Below the pieces are notes generated by a model. That model saw nothing but the letters and a program-made list of their open reading frames with translations. It did no database searches and was not told where the DNA came from. The position numbers and the translations under genes were made by a program. From Stegostoma tigrinum (taxonomy: Eukaryota): 64,000 nt of DNA. The first letter of the stretch is position 1, and each line of letters opens with the position of its first letter. The stretch lies in contig NC_081371.1 of the NCBI RefSeq assembly GCF_030684315.1, positions 28,267,440 to 28,331,439 of the forward strand. Reading direction: 5' to 3'. This document shows, piece after piece, positions 1 to 11,179 of this stretch.

Positions 1-385
1 ACTTCATTTGTTTTCACTTGAAAGTTGGAGGCTGAGGGGTGATCTGAAAGAAGGAATTATGACAGATATGGAGGGTTGGAGTCTTTTTCCAGGGTAGAAA
101 TGTCAATTACAAGGGGTCATAAGTTTCAAATAAATGGGGGAAATTTTAAAGGAAATTTGAGAGGCAGGTTTTCTTCTACAAAGAGGATGGTAAGTGCCCA
201 GAATGTGTTGCCAGGGGAGGTGGTAGAAACAGATATAATAGCAATGTTTAAGAGCCATCTTGACAGATGCATGAACAGGAATAGTGGGACAGGGACCACA
301 TAAAGGCAAGGGATCCTTAGTTTAGAAAGGCGCCATGTGTCAGTGTAGCCTTTGTGGGTCAAACGGCCTATTTCTGTACTGTTCT
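1..385 (+). mobile_element. CR1 LINE 3' fragment (degenerate)
   Basis: GGAGGCTGAGGGGTGATCTG (RLRGDL motif) and ITRGHKFQI..RGRF C-terminal ORF2 motif, followed by a CR1-type 3' UTR. Confidence 0.8.
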
Positions 386-1642
386 TTGTTTGTGAAGGGA
401 GGGAATTTAAAAAGAGTAGCGTTTAAGTCTTAGAATTACAGTTACCAATTCATGTTTCCTTTTTCCCACATGGTAAAAATAATTTACTTGCAATAAACTG
501 TTATTTTCTTGTTATGAACACACAACTGGTTAGTATTTTCTTTTAATCTGTGTTAGTCAGTAGATAAATTGGAGACTTTGGACAGTTTGACTACATTTTT
601 CCACATTTCTGAATTCTCTGGGAATGGTAGAGCTTGATTTCTCACGCTCCACCTATGAGTTATGAAAGTAGTCTATGATGGAGGATGGACCATGAGTATG
701 TTTCAGCATGAGGTATTGTATTTCATAATAATATGTAATTTATTACATCAGAGTCAATATTTAAGATGACATTAACTCTTGTGCATATGAACTATTGGTG
801 ACAAAAGGGAGAGAAAACATGTGCCTTTGTCAGGAGAGTCATTCACCAGACTCCAAATAATTCTCCACCCAGAGGCTTTGTGACATCATCAGTCTGGGTG
901 GAACTCAGCACGGCTCAAGAATTAATACTTTCTTAACCATTATCTTTCAACTCTACAGGTGCTCACAATAATACTGGCAACAGGTTGAGCATACTGAGAT
1001 TGTTCAAGGTTACAAAGAACAAAAGCTCTGCACATGCAGATAAGTCCTTCTGTCCTACCGATGTATGAGAATGATGTTCAGTAGAGCATTAATGATGTAC
1101 GAACTACTTTTGCATGACAGTAGTTACGTAAAATTCTTAACTCCAGATAATATTCTAGGCATACTGTCAGTAGTGAATGATGGAGTTCCTGTCATATTGT
1201 CTTTTCATCCAGAGTGGCTTGCAGCAATAACGTACAATATTTTGATAGCCCTGAAAGCAAATCTTCAAATGCAAGGTGCAACCTCTGAAAAAGATATTTT
1301 CAATAATTCACAGATCTCGTGTCAGTCTTTTGATGTAATGAATCCATAGTCTGTAATCGTTCTGATAATTCACTCCTCACTTCCTGACTTGAGAACATGG
1401 TGCAAGAATTTCAGGATGTCATTATACTGCGTACAAAGTAGAACAGTAATACTCATCAACTCTTATTTAATAGGGCAAATTCATTATTTTGTGGTGTTTC
1501 ATTGCCAAATTATTGTTCCAACTGGAACTATTGCGAATAAGATCAATGTCCAGTCGAGAGGAAGTGGTACTCTCCCAATGAGCCCCTACTGGTCTTCATT
1601 CTGTTACACCAACTTGGAGGTAACTAGTTCTTTCAGTAATAT

Positions 1643-2075
1643 AAAGGTTTGGGATGATGAGGTTTGGGATGATAAAGGTTTGCTTGCCGAGCCAATGTGT
1701 TTGATTGCAGATGTTTTGTCACCTTGCTAGGTAACATCGTCAGTACAGGGACCTCTGGTGATGCGTTGGTATTCTGTCTCGCTTGTTATTTATATGCCTT
1801 GGTTTGCAAGCGTGGTTGGCATCACTTCCAGTTTTGTTTCTCAGTGGTTTATATATTGGGTCTAATTCAATCCGTTTGTTGATGGAGTTCCAGTTGGAAT
1901 GCCAGGCCTCCAGGAATTCACTGGCATGTCTTTGTTTGGCTTGTGCTATTATGGATGTGTTGTCCTGGTTGAATTTGTGTCCTTCTCTGTCCATGTGTAT
2001 TGAGACCAGTGAGAACTGGTCGGGTCTCTTGGTGGCTAATTGGCGTTCGTGTATCCTTATTGTCCGGGATGATGT
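1643..2075 (-). mobile_element. Penelope-like element 3' fragment (GIY-YIG C-terminus plus terminal region)
   Basis: ORF 1740..1994 HKFNQDNTSIIAQAKQRHASEFLEAWHS..SINK resembles the C-terminal half of a PLE GIY-YIG endonuclease; followed by a hammerhead-like motif and a short tandem tail. Confidence 0.8.
1706..1747 (-). ncRNA. Degenerate minimal hammerhead ribozyme motif in the PLE terminus
   Basis: Minus strand TGTA-CTGACGA-T-GTTACC-tagcaa-GGTGAC-AAAAC-ATC-TGCA: stem I TGTA/TGCA, 6-bp stem II; GAAA and GUC altered in a pattern consistent with CpG decay. Confidence 0.6.
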
Positions 2076-3055
2076 GACAAATCCTATTCTCAGTTACTGA
2101 AAGCACTGTTGAAAGTCAGTCTATAGGTCATTACCCTCCTGTGTTAATTTTGAATGACCAAATCAGGGAAAATTGGGAAGTCCCCACTATATCCGAAACT
2201 ATGATTAACAGATTTTGGTGAAGAAAGAAGGGATGAAAATACACATAGTTAAATGGGAATACTGTTAAATATTTCAGTCAATAATACGAGTTAAATACTT
2301 CAATAATGTTGGAAACTGAGAAAGTTTTTGGGACGAGATGTAGAGATCGAGTTTAATGAATATGCAGATAAGTCTTCCACGATGTTGCCGTGAGCTCAAC
2401 AGTCATCCATTACTGACTCTGCTACAAGGTTGGAACCAGGACAGCTTAAAACGGGGAATTCTCTGCCATATTATCATGTATATATTGTTAGTAAAAACTT
2501 TTTCAGAGAAACCTTTAGGTTTGGTCTGAGCTTGCATGAAGGACCAAAAAACTCATACTAAAACATGGGAGTACCATTAAACATATGGCACAATCCTATT
2601 GGTTGGTTATCCTACTAAGTCCAGTCATTAAGTTGTGTTATTGATGACTGCCATGGTCCTATATTCCAGCGTGACTCAACACCTGTGAGAGATAAGTTTG
2701 TTCCATATTTCAGCCTTCTAAATCTTGTACAAGTGCTATAGACACCTGACAAATGCTCTAGTTAGAGTACTATTAAAGATTGACAAGAGTGCCCCTCCCC
2801 ACCTTAAAGGTTTGCTATATCAAAGTGTCCCTTATTGGAACACTTGGACACCCTGGAGGCTAGGGATGATGGTGGTGGAATTTTAATGTCACTAGACTAG
2901 TAATCTAAAGGCAAGGCTAGGAACTACGGCAGCTGGTGGAATTTAAAAGCAATTTTAAAATCTGTCATAGTGTTGTAAACCCATCTGGTTCATTAAAGAA
3001 CATGTTTGCTGTCCACCCCTGTCTGGTCTACCGGTCTCCCAGGTTAGACAGTAAT

Positions 3056-5130
3056 GGGTATCTTTTAATTCACTTGTAGAATGTCAGAGTCACTAGCTGG
3101 TCTAGCATTTATTGCCTATTTCTAGTTATCCTAAAGAAGGTAGTGGTGAATTGCTGAGTTCCATGTGTTATAGGTTGACCTAAAATGTCATTAGGATGCT
3201 CCAAGATTTTGATCCAGTGATTGCGAAGGAATGGTGATATATTTCCAAGTCAGATGGTGAGTGGCTTGGGGGTGATCTTGGAGGTGGTGATGTTCCCACG
3301 TATTTGCTGCCCTTGTCCTTCTAGCTTGAAGTGGCTGCGGGTTTGGAAGGTGCTTTCTCAGGACTTGGGTGAATTTCTGCAATCCGTTTTGTACTCGATA
3401 AACACTACTGCTACTGAGGGCAGTAAGGACTGCAGATGCTAGAAACTAGAATCAATAATAGACAATGGGTGCAGGAGTAGGCCATTCGGCCCTTCGAGCC
3501 AGCACCACCATTCATTTTGATCATGGCTGATCATCCACAATCAGTATCCTGTTCCTGCCTTATCCCCATAACCCTTCATTCCACTATCTTTAAGAGCTCT
3601 ATCTATCTCTTTCTTGAAACTATCCAGAGGCTTGGCCTCCACTGACTTCTGGGGTAGAGCATTCCATATATCCACCACTCTCTGGGTGAAGAAGTTTCTC
3701 CTCAAATCTGTTCTAAATGGACTACCCCTTATTTTTAAACTGTGTCCTCTGGTTATGGACTCCCCCATCAATGGGAACATACTTCCTGCCTCCAGAGTGT
3801 CCAATCCCTTAATAATCTTATACGCCTCAATCATATCCCCTCTCATCCTCCTAAACTCAAGTGTATACAAGCCCAGTCGTTCCAATCTTTCAACATATGA
3901 TAGTCCCGCCATTCCGGGAATTGACCTCGTGAACCTACGCAGCACTCCCTCAATAGCCAGAACGTCCTTCCTCAAATTTGGAGACCAAAACTGCACACAA
4001 TACTCCAGGTGCGGTCTCACCAGGGCCCTGTACAGCTGCAGAAGGACCTCTTTGCTCCTATACTCAATTCCTCTTGTTATGAAGGCCAGCATGCCATTAG
4101 CTTTCTTCACTGCCTGCTGTACCTGCATGCTTGCTTTCATTGACTGATGTACAAGAACACCCAGATCTCGTTGAACTTCCCCTTTACCTAACAATGACTC
4201 CATTGAGATAGTAATCTGCCTTCCTGTTCTTGCCACCAAAGTGGATAACCACACATTTATCCACATTAAACTGCATCTGCCATGCATCCGTCCACTCACC
4301 TAGCCTGTCCAAGTCACCCTGTATTCTCATAACATCTTCCTCACATTTCACCCTGCCACCCAGCTTTGTATCATCAGCAAATTTGCTGATATTACTTTTA
4401 ATGCCTTCATCTATATCATTACTGTATATTGTAAATAGCTGCGGTCCAGCACAAAACCTTGTGGAACGCCACTGGTCACTGCCTGCCATTCCGAAAGCGA
4501 CCCGTTTATCACTACTCTTTGCTTCCTGTCAGCCAGCCAATTTTCAATCAAAGCCAGTATTTTGCCCCCAATACCATGTGCCCTAATAAACATGGGGCTA
4601 GAAGAGCACAGCAGGTCACACAACATCTGAGGAGCAGGGAAGTCAATATTTAGGGTCAAAACCCTTCAGGCCTGCTACACAGCATTGTTTGTGGATGTGG
4701 TGCTATCCACTCACCCCACACCAATCAAGCAGGCTGCTTTGTCTTGGCTCGTATGAAGCTTATTGAGCATTGAAGGATTTGCACTCATCCACACAGTGGC
4801 AAGTACTTCATCACAAACCTGTCTGGTGCCTTGTAGATGGTGGACAGGCTTTGGTGAGTTAGCCACTGCTGTGGTCGTCGGCTGTAACCTGATCTTATAG
4901 CCTTTGTATTTTTATTGAGAGTTTCTGGTCAATGGTAAACCCCAGGATGTTGGCAGTATGGTTTCAGTGATAGTAATGCCTTGAAGTGTCAAAGGGAGGT
5001 AGTTAGAACTTCTCCATTAAGAGACAGTCAGTGTCTGGCATTTGTGTGGTACAAATGTAATTTATGCTTCACTGAGGCTAAAACCCAATGGACCAATCTT
5101 TCAAGGAGTGACAGTCGCATTGCTAACCTG
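3056..5130 (-). mobile_element. Old LINE 3' region split by nested insertions (pieces about 3056-3420 and 4671-5130)
   Basis: Ends in an AATAAATGCT..CCAGC tail also seen at about 21315; ORF 3191..3382 is LINE-like; similar sequence resumes after 4670. Confidence 0.6.
3461..4585 (-). mobile_element. Relatively young 5'-truncated CR1 LINE (RT C-terminal half plus 3' UTR)
   Basis: ORFs with VTSGVPQG, SKFADDTKLGG, LVRPHLEYCVQFWSP, RRMRGDMIEAYKI, RRNFFTQRVV; a few frameshifts. Confidence 0.95.
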
Positions 5131-5419
5131 CTTTTTTTTTTAAATTTGCCCTGCCCAGAGTTCCTTCCCTTTGATTCTGAACTTCCAGTACAGGCCTCTG
5201 CGGAAACTTGGAGTGTACCTTTAGGGAAGCCTTCTACCATAGCAAAAGGATAAGCAACAGAAGCAAAACTGTGCACCATTTTTACAGCAGTAACAGCAAT
5301 ACTACAAAATTTCAATATCCATTGATCGAATATTCTTCTTATGAACAGGTTTTCTAGCTATTTAACTTATTGCCAAGGTTAAAATTTGTCTAAGACAAAA
5401 ACTAACACGTGGAATGCGC

Positions 5420-6020
5420 AAATTACCTTGAGGAAAGGCTAGTCAGGCTGGGCCTGTACGGTCTGGAGTTTTGGCAAGTCAGAGGTACATCATGGAAACA
5501 TGAAAGATCCTGAAGGAATTTGACCAGGTTGATGTTGAAAGAATATTTCCTCTTATGGGAGAATCTAGAAGGGGAGTGATACTTTTAACAATAAGGGGTT
5601 GCCCATTTAAAACAGAAATGAGGAAACATCTTTCTCTTTCTTTCTCTTACAATTGAGTGTCTCTGGAAATCCCCTCCTCAAAAGGCAGTGGATGCAGAAT
5701 CACTAAATATTTTTAAGGCAGATGTAGATAGATAGGGTCTGAGGAAGGGTCACCAGACCCATAACGTTAACTCTGATTTTTTTTCTTCACAGATGCTGCC
5801 AGAACTGTTGAGCTTTTCCAGCAACTTCCTTTCTGTTCCCGATTTACAGCATCCGTAGTTATTTTTAGTTTTATTTAGACAGATTATTGATTAACTTGGG
5901 GCTGAAAAATTATTAGCAATATGCAGGGATGTAAAGGAGGTTAAAATCAGATCAGCCATGATCTAATTGAATGGCAGAGCAGGACTGAGGGATCAAGTGA
6001 CTGCCCTGTGTTCTTTGTTG
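5420..6020 (+). mobile_element. CR1 3' fragment interrupted by a short Penelope-type tail (about 5735-5880)
   Basis: CR1 C-terminal motifs on both sides; insert starts TCTGAGGAAGGGTCACCAGACCC and contains CAGATGCTGCCAGA..TTTTCCAGC. Confidence 0.75.
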
Positions 6021-6397
6021 GTATATTCAAAGTCTCTGGCAAGAGGTAAAGGTGAGTAAGGTAAGTGGGCGAAGGAGCAGTGGCAGATAGATGAGTACAA
6101 ATGGCGGCTAAGTGGGGAGGATGTTTCAGATGTCATGGTTGAAACTGTTGACTGATGGTGTCAGTTAAATAATTAGCCAGGAGTTAGTACAGGTTTTAAA
6201 CGTCAAATTTTGTTTTCACTGGATAACTACAAAGGTCAGTAAGTTGAAACCGTCTGAAGTCTCCGACTCTGGCTCAGCTGAGAAATTTTTCAGCAGATCG
6301 TAGACCCCAGGTGGTTGCTGCACAGGTTTATGAGGGAGATCTGTAATGCTGTTAGAGTCAGGGGGCCACTGAGGGACATGTCGGCCGTTGCACAGGG

Positions 6398-6830
6398 TGG
6401 GGGAAGAGCCTTGCAGACGGGGTTAGTTGGGATTCGGGAATGGGGGGGTGGAGACAGCCTTCTGGACGGGGTTGTTTGGTGAGGGAGGAATGGGGGGGAG
6501 ATCCTTGTGGTTGAGGTTGTTTGGTATGGGGGGATGAGGAGAGGGCCTTGTAGATGGGATTGTTTGGTGTGGGGGAATGGGGGGAGAGCCTTGTAGTTGG
6601 GGTTGCTTGGTGTGAGGCATGGGGAGAGTGCCTTGCAGATGGGGTTGTTTGGTGTGAAGGTATGGGAAGAGGGCCTTGCAGATGGGGTTGTTTGATGTGG
6701 GAGTATGGGGAGAGGGCCTTGCAGATGGGGTTGTTTGGTGTGGGGATATGGGAGAGGGCCTTCTATGTGGTGGGTATGGGGGGAGAGCCTTGAAGAGGGG
6801 TTTTTGTTTGATGTTGGGGGTAAGGGGGGG
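6398..6830 (+). repeat. G-rich minisatellite, about 10 units of about 43 bp
   Basis: Unit approximately GGGGAGAGGGCCTTGCAGATGGGGTTGTTTGGTGTGGGGATAT; the CCTT core recurs at about 6409, 6458, 6503, 6546, 6589, 6631, 6674, 6717, 6759 and 6788. Confidence 0.95.
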
Positions 6831-6834
6831 ATGC

Positions 6835-7083
6835 TGGGAGCGAAAACCTCGGGAGTCGCTCCGATTCGGAATAATGACGATGACGATCTCACACATGCGC
6901 ATTAAGGTGTGGTGTTTGTGTTCTTGCAGTGGCTGCGAGTGATTAGGACAGAGCAAGGCCCAGAGCCGGGGCCTCTCCTACCGACCGGGGGCCCAGAGCT
7001 GGGGCCTCTCCTGCTGACCGGGGGCCCGGGGCCTCTCCTGCTGACCGGGGCTGGGTCTGCTGTCCCAGGTTGATCGGTCCAGA
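6835..7083 (+). promoter_or_regulatory. CpG/GC-rich promoter or 5' UTR region of CREBL2
   Basis: CpG-dense; TGACG half-CRE sites at 6875 and 6881; NRF1-like CATGCGCA at 6894-6901; directly upstream of the start codon. Confidence 0.55.
6955..7055 (+). repeat. Three tandem GC-rich units (GGGGCCTCTCCTRCYGACCGGGG)
   Basis: Direct tandem copies visible just upstream of the CREBL2 ATG. Confidence 0.9.
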
Positions 7084-7098
7084 ATGGATGACAGCAAA
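7084..7098 (+). CDS. CREBL2: CREBL2 coding exon 1 (MDDSK)
   Basis: ATG GAT GAC AGC AAA followed by donor GTGAGT at 7099; matches the CREBL2 N-terminus and splices in phase 0 to VVGGKVKK. Confidence 0.93.
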
Positions 7099-9485
7099 GT
7101 GAGTGTGCGGCCTATAACCCTGGTATCGACATGTCCCTGTTCTGGGTCACTTGGGGAGCCAAGTTTGTAAACATGTTGCAGCTCTCTTCTTTTTAAATAT
7201 ATTCTTAAATCACCAATAATGTAATACAGAAGATACAGATTATGTTTGGAGCATTACTACAACCCATTGAAAAAAGCTTTAGAGAATCTGGATCTTTAAG
7301 TTTGTGCGATGCATGCAACTATGTTTCGATAATGAATTTGAAATCTTGCGTGAATGGAATTTTCACAAAATATGTGGTGACATTACAATACTAGCAAAAA
7401 ATGATTGAGACTTTCCGGATTATACGTAATAGAGAAAGCACGCAAAAGAAGGGAGACCGAGGCATACATTCAGTAAAAACTGATATAGTATCGAAGATGT
7501 AACTAGAAGTTTTTTTTTAAAACGAGGTTAATAGCTGAATCAGTTACTTAAGATTTCACAGTTTACACATCTATCATTACAAACTACTTAAATTCTGCTC
7601 TCTTCAGCTATATATATATATATATGAGTATTCCTGTCTGTTACTTACTCACGTCTCTCACTTCCTGGAATTGGAGTACTTGTAGCAAATAGGCCATAGT
7701 TTCTGAGGGTTACGTTTTCTTCCAGCTTCCGTAAGGTCTGCATTTTCTGGTCTTGTCAAGTAGTAACTTTGAGTGTTTGCTTGGAAAGATTCCTAAAATC
7801 ACTTCAAGCTGTAATGCCAGAATATGATTCTTCCCTTCTGGCCACATCATAACCCTTGCATGTCTCTGAGATGCATCTCTTCAAGTACAGACAATTTCCG
7901 TCTTGTACCTAGCTGTGCTAGTTTACAAAGCCCAAGCAGCTGCCTCCCGTGGTTTTTTTACTGGTAATGTAAAAATGCTGTTGTGATATTCATTGATTTA
8001 TATAGAGATCTGTACCCTGATCTCAAAAATGGTTCCGTGCACACTTTTTCCCATTTGTATCCCCCCATCCAAGTAGAAAAGCTGATCAGTTATTCTTGAT
8101 TCTCACGCTCAGTACACACCACGATTATTTATTTTTAACTAATTTGTTAGACTTTGGTAGATTCAAGGTTTACCCATTGTGAACTCAGACTGCTGTTATT
8201 GTCTTCAACCTTAGACTATCACCCCCGTAAATATAGTCTGGACATCTTTCTGATCTTTAACCCCCGCCCCCCCCCCCCCCAACTCCGGGCCTGTTGTCAA
8301 GCAAACTTCAGAACAGATTATGGAGTCCCTCTATTTTACCTTGAATTATGGACACAGTGCCAAAATTCCCCAAGGTCCGTGCATGGTAGCAATTTCTGAA
8401 ACCGGAAGTCGATGCCACAATCAGCTTCAGTGTGTCAGTTGCTGTTTGTGGATTTTCTGAGTTTAGAGAGAATGTTGCTGATGACCGTTAAACAGTGAAA
8501 TGCTACTTGTCTACAGACCTACTGATACACTGGGTGATGTAAAGTGTAAAAGTGAAGAACAGAGAAGCATGTAGGACAAAAATGAGAATTTGATGTGAAA
8601 TTAAATTTTCACATATAAAAAAGCACAGCATCTCAACAAGTGTATTTGGCGGTTTTCTGGAGCAATATATTTTAAAACTTGCATGGCAAAAGTCAAAATA
8701 TGTTTTGTGATGAGAATCAAAACAAAATCAGTTAACAATTTTGTGGTGAGACATATCTTTGGAGTAGTGACAGTAACATGATTGGATTTATTGCTAGGTT
8801 TGAGAGTCAGAAACTGGAGTTCTAAATTTAATGGAAGGTGAGTTTTGAAGGGATGAGGAAAGAATTAGCCTGAGTTGAACAGCTGACAGATAAATTGACA
8901 CTTGGAGGTACAATGTACCATTGCTGGAAGGTAAAAGCTTCACTTCTGTATTTAAGTACTGTTTCTGTCGTAAAGGTCAACAGCAAAAGGTTAGAGACAG
9001 TATCAGTCTAAATAAGGACTTGCTTTTATATAGTGCCGTTCACAAGCATCAAGTACTTCATAATAACTAAAAATGTAAAGTATAGTAATTGCTGTAATGT
9101 AGGAAATTGGTAGCCAATTTGTCTGCAACAAGTTCCCACAAATAACCATATATTAGCTGCTAAGTAACCCCTGTTTTTCGAAAAGGCTTGCACAAATACA
9201 GGGGGAAAGTGGAAGATCTCTCATTTTAATACAGTAAGTGTGATTCCCTTTGTATTTATGTGTATTTCGCTTCTATTATATATCTTGGGCAGTATCCAAA
9301 TTATATTGGTGTGCAAACAATTTCACTACATATTCTATAAAATCCCATTTAAAATTGGTTAACTACGAGAGCTATTTAAAAAGAAACAACAAATGGCTAC
9401 CAAAAAGTATGAGGCGGAATTTGTTGACCTGCAGTATCTGTATATCATATTTTCTTTATCCTTGTATAAATGTTTCCTCTCCTAG

Positions 9486-9683
9486 GTGGTGGGAGGTAAA
9501 GTGAAGAAACCTGGAAAGCGAGGGCGTAAACCTGCTAAAATAGATTTAAAGGCGAAGCTTGAGAGAAGTCGCCAGAGTGCCAGAGAGTGCAGAGCAAGAA
9601 AAAAGTTGCGTTATCAGTACTTGGAAGAGCTTGTGTCTAGAAGAGAGAGAGCCATCTGTGCTCTGAGGGAAGAGCTAGAGATG
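9486..9683 (+). CDS. CREBL2: CREBL2 coding exon 2 (bZIP basic region and zipper)
   Basis: Acceptor tttcctctcctag, donor gtaagt at 9684; VVGGKVKKPGKRGRKPAKIDLKAKLERSRQSARECRARKKLRYQYLEELV..ALREELEM. Confidence 0.97.
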
Positions 9684-10109
9684 GTAAGTTATAATTTTGA
9701 TGACCAGGATTGTTATGATGCAACAGCACCACAAAGCATAAGAAAGGTGATTTGGCATTTGATGGTAACATTTTCTTGTTTTATTAACCCTGTCCACATT
9801 TTTAAAGCTGGTTAGTCTTTAAAACATTCTTTAAAATTTATGTTTGTCAGATTTCATCACTTTTTGGTAAAACTTGAAGCGTAGTTTTGGCAACAATTTT
9901 AGACTGTTCTGCTGAGCTGCTTCCTTACATGCAGTATTTTGCTGCTGTGGACTGATAAGTTCCCGTATCTGTGCTTACAAATTGTATTCAGAATAATTTA
10001 GATGGATACTACCAAATGAATTTTTTAAGAGCTCTTAAGTAGACTCAGGAATTTAGGCTGCACCTTTCATTGTGTTTAAAGTCTACAGTGGTGTCTTTTT
10101 ATTTTGTAG

Positions 10110-10254
10110 TACAAGCAATGGTGCACAGCAATGGACCAGGGAAAAATACCGTCAGAAATAAAAGCGCTACTCACAGGGGATGAACAAAGTAAAGCACAGC
10201 AGACTGTGAGTAAACAAGGAAAAGCAAGAACTGAAGGAAGTGCCAATTTGGCCT
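10110..10254 (+). CDS. CREBL2: CREBL2 coding exon 3
   Basis: Acceptor tttttattttgtag, donor gtaagt at 10255; YKQWCTAMDQGKIPSEIKALLTGDEQSK..; 145 nt, ends in phase 1. Confidence 0.95.
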
Positions 10255-10334
10255 GTAAGTATCTTTGCAATAATCATTTGCATCAAGTCCTGTTAAACAT
10301 GTGGCATTACTGGCATAACAAGTTTACTAGATAA

Positions 10335-10760
10335 GGTATCAGTCATGTCTCGGTGACTCCTTGAGTCACATAGTTGAGAGCTTAAGTCTGTCTTCACTAA
10401 TCTATGCTAACACTAATGCAATACCCAATAATGCACTGTTGGAAATTCTGTACATTGAGATGCTAACCTTTCATCCACTATTAAACTGCAGCCTGTTCGG
10501 CATCTCATGTGGATGGAAGAATCTCATTGTGCTCTTTATGAAGAGCAGAATGCTGCTTGGTATTTTGATTGATAGTTAACCCTCAATTAACAACAGATTA
10601 GCAACAGTAAATCAAATTATTATCATCACGTTACTAGTTGTGAAGTCTTTCTGTGCACAAATCAGTTGCCATATTTCATATGTTGCACTAGTGACCACTT
10701 TAAAAGTGCTTTATAACCAATTATTTTAAAGTCCTGAGCTCATGAAAGGCACTGTATAAA
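10335..10760 (+). mobile_element. Degenerate Deu-domain SINE (SacSINE/AmnSINE-like)
   Basis: TTAAACTGCAGCCTGTTC..GTGGATGGAAGAATCTCATTGTGCTCTTTATGAAGAGCAG resembles the Deu core; similar to the copy at about 20.9 kb. Confidence 0.55.
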
Positions 10761-11179
10761 TATTTAAGAATAAAAATATTGCATACAGTGGTGCTTAAAC
10801 CATAAAACAAAAAAAACTGTCAAATATATCCGAAATGAAAGAAAACACTATGTAACTGTGTATTTAGTGAACTATAATCAGCATCAAGATGGATTTGTTC
10901 TCCTACAGCATTAAATCTGAGGGAGCAGAATAGACACTTTCTTTCCCCCCTCATACATGGTATGCTAGGTCTGGGAAGTTGGCAGGACAAGACTAGTAAC
11001 CCAGAAACCGAGGCTGCTAATCTGGTGATATGAGTTTGGATCCCACTATGCAGATGATGAAATTTGAATTCCACAAAAAAAACCGGAGTCAGAAGCTATC
11101 CAAGTAGCGACCATGAAGAAGTGCATCCTACAGTCAGCATTTTGGTGATGCAGTCTGGGCAGTGTCCTGCTTCCTGATC

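Noticed and set aside
6398-6830. Regularly spaced repeats resembling a CRISPR array
   Set aside because: Eukaryotic context, no unique spacers and no cas genes
6290-6956. 200-aa and 177-aa Pro/His-rich minus-strand ORFs
   Set aside because: They are translations of the G-rich minisatellite; no gene structure supports them
9684-9815. Extension of the CREBL2 exon 2 ORF
   Set aside because: Read-through past a canonical GTAAGT donor into the intron
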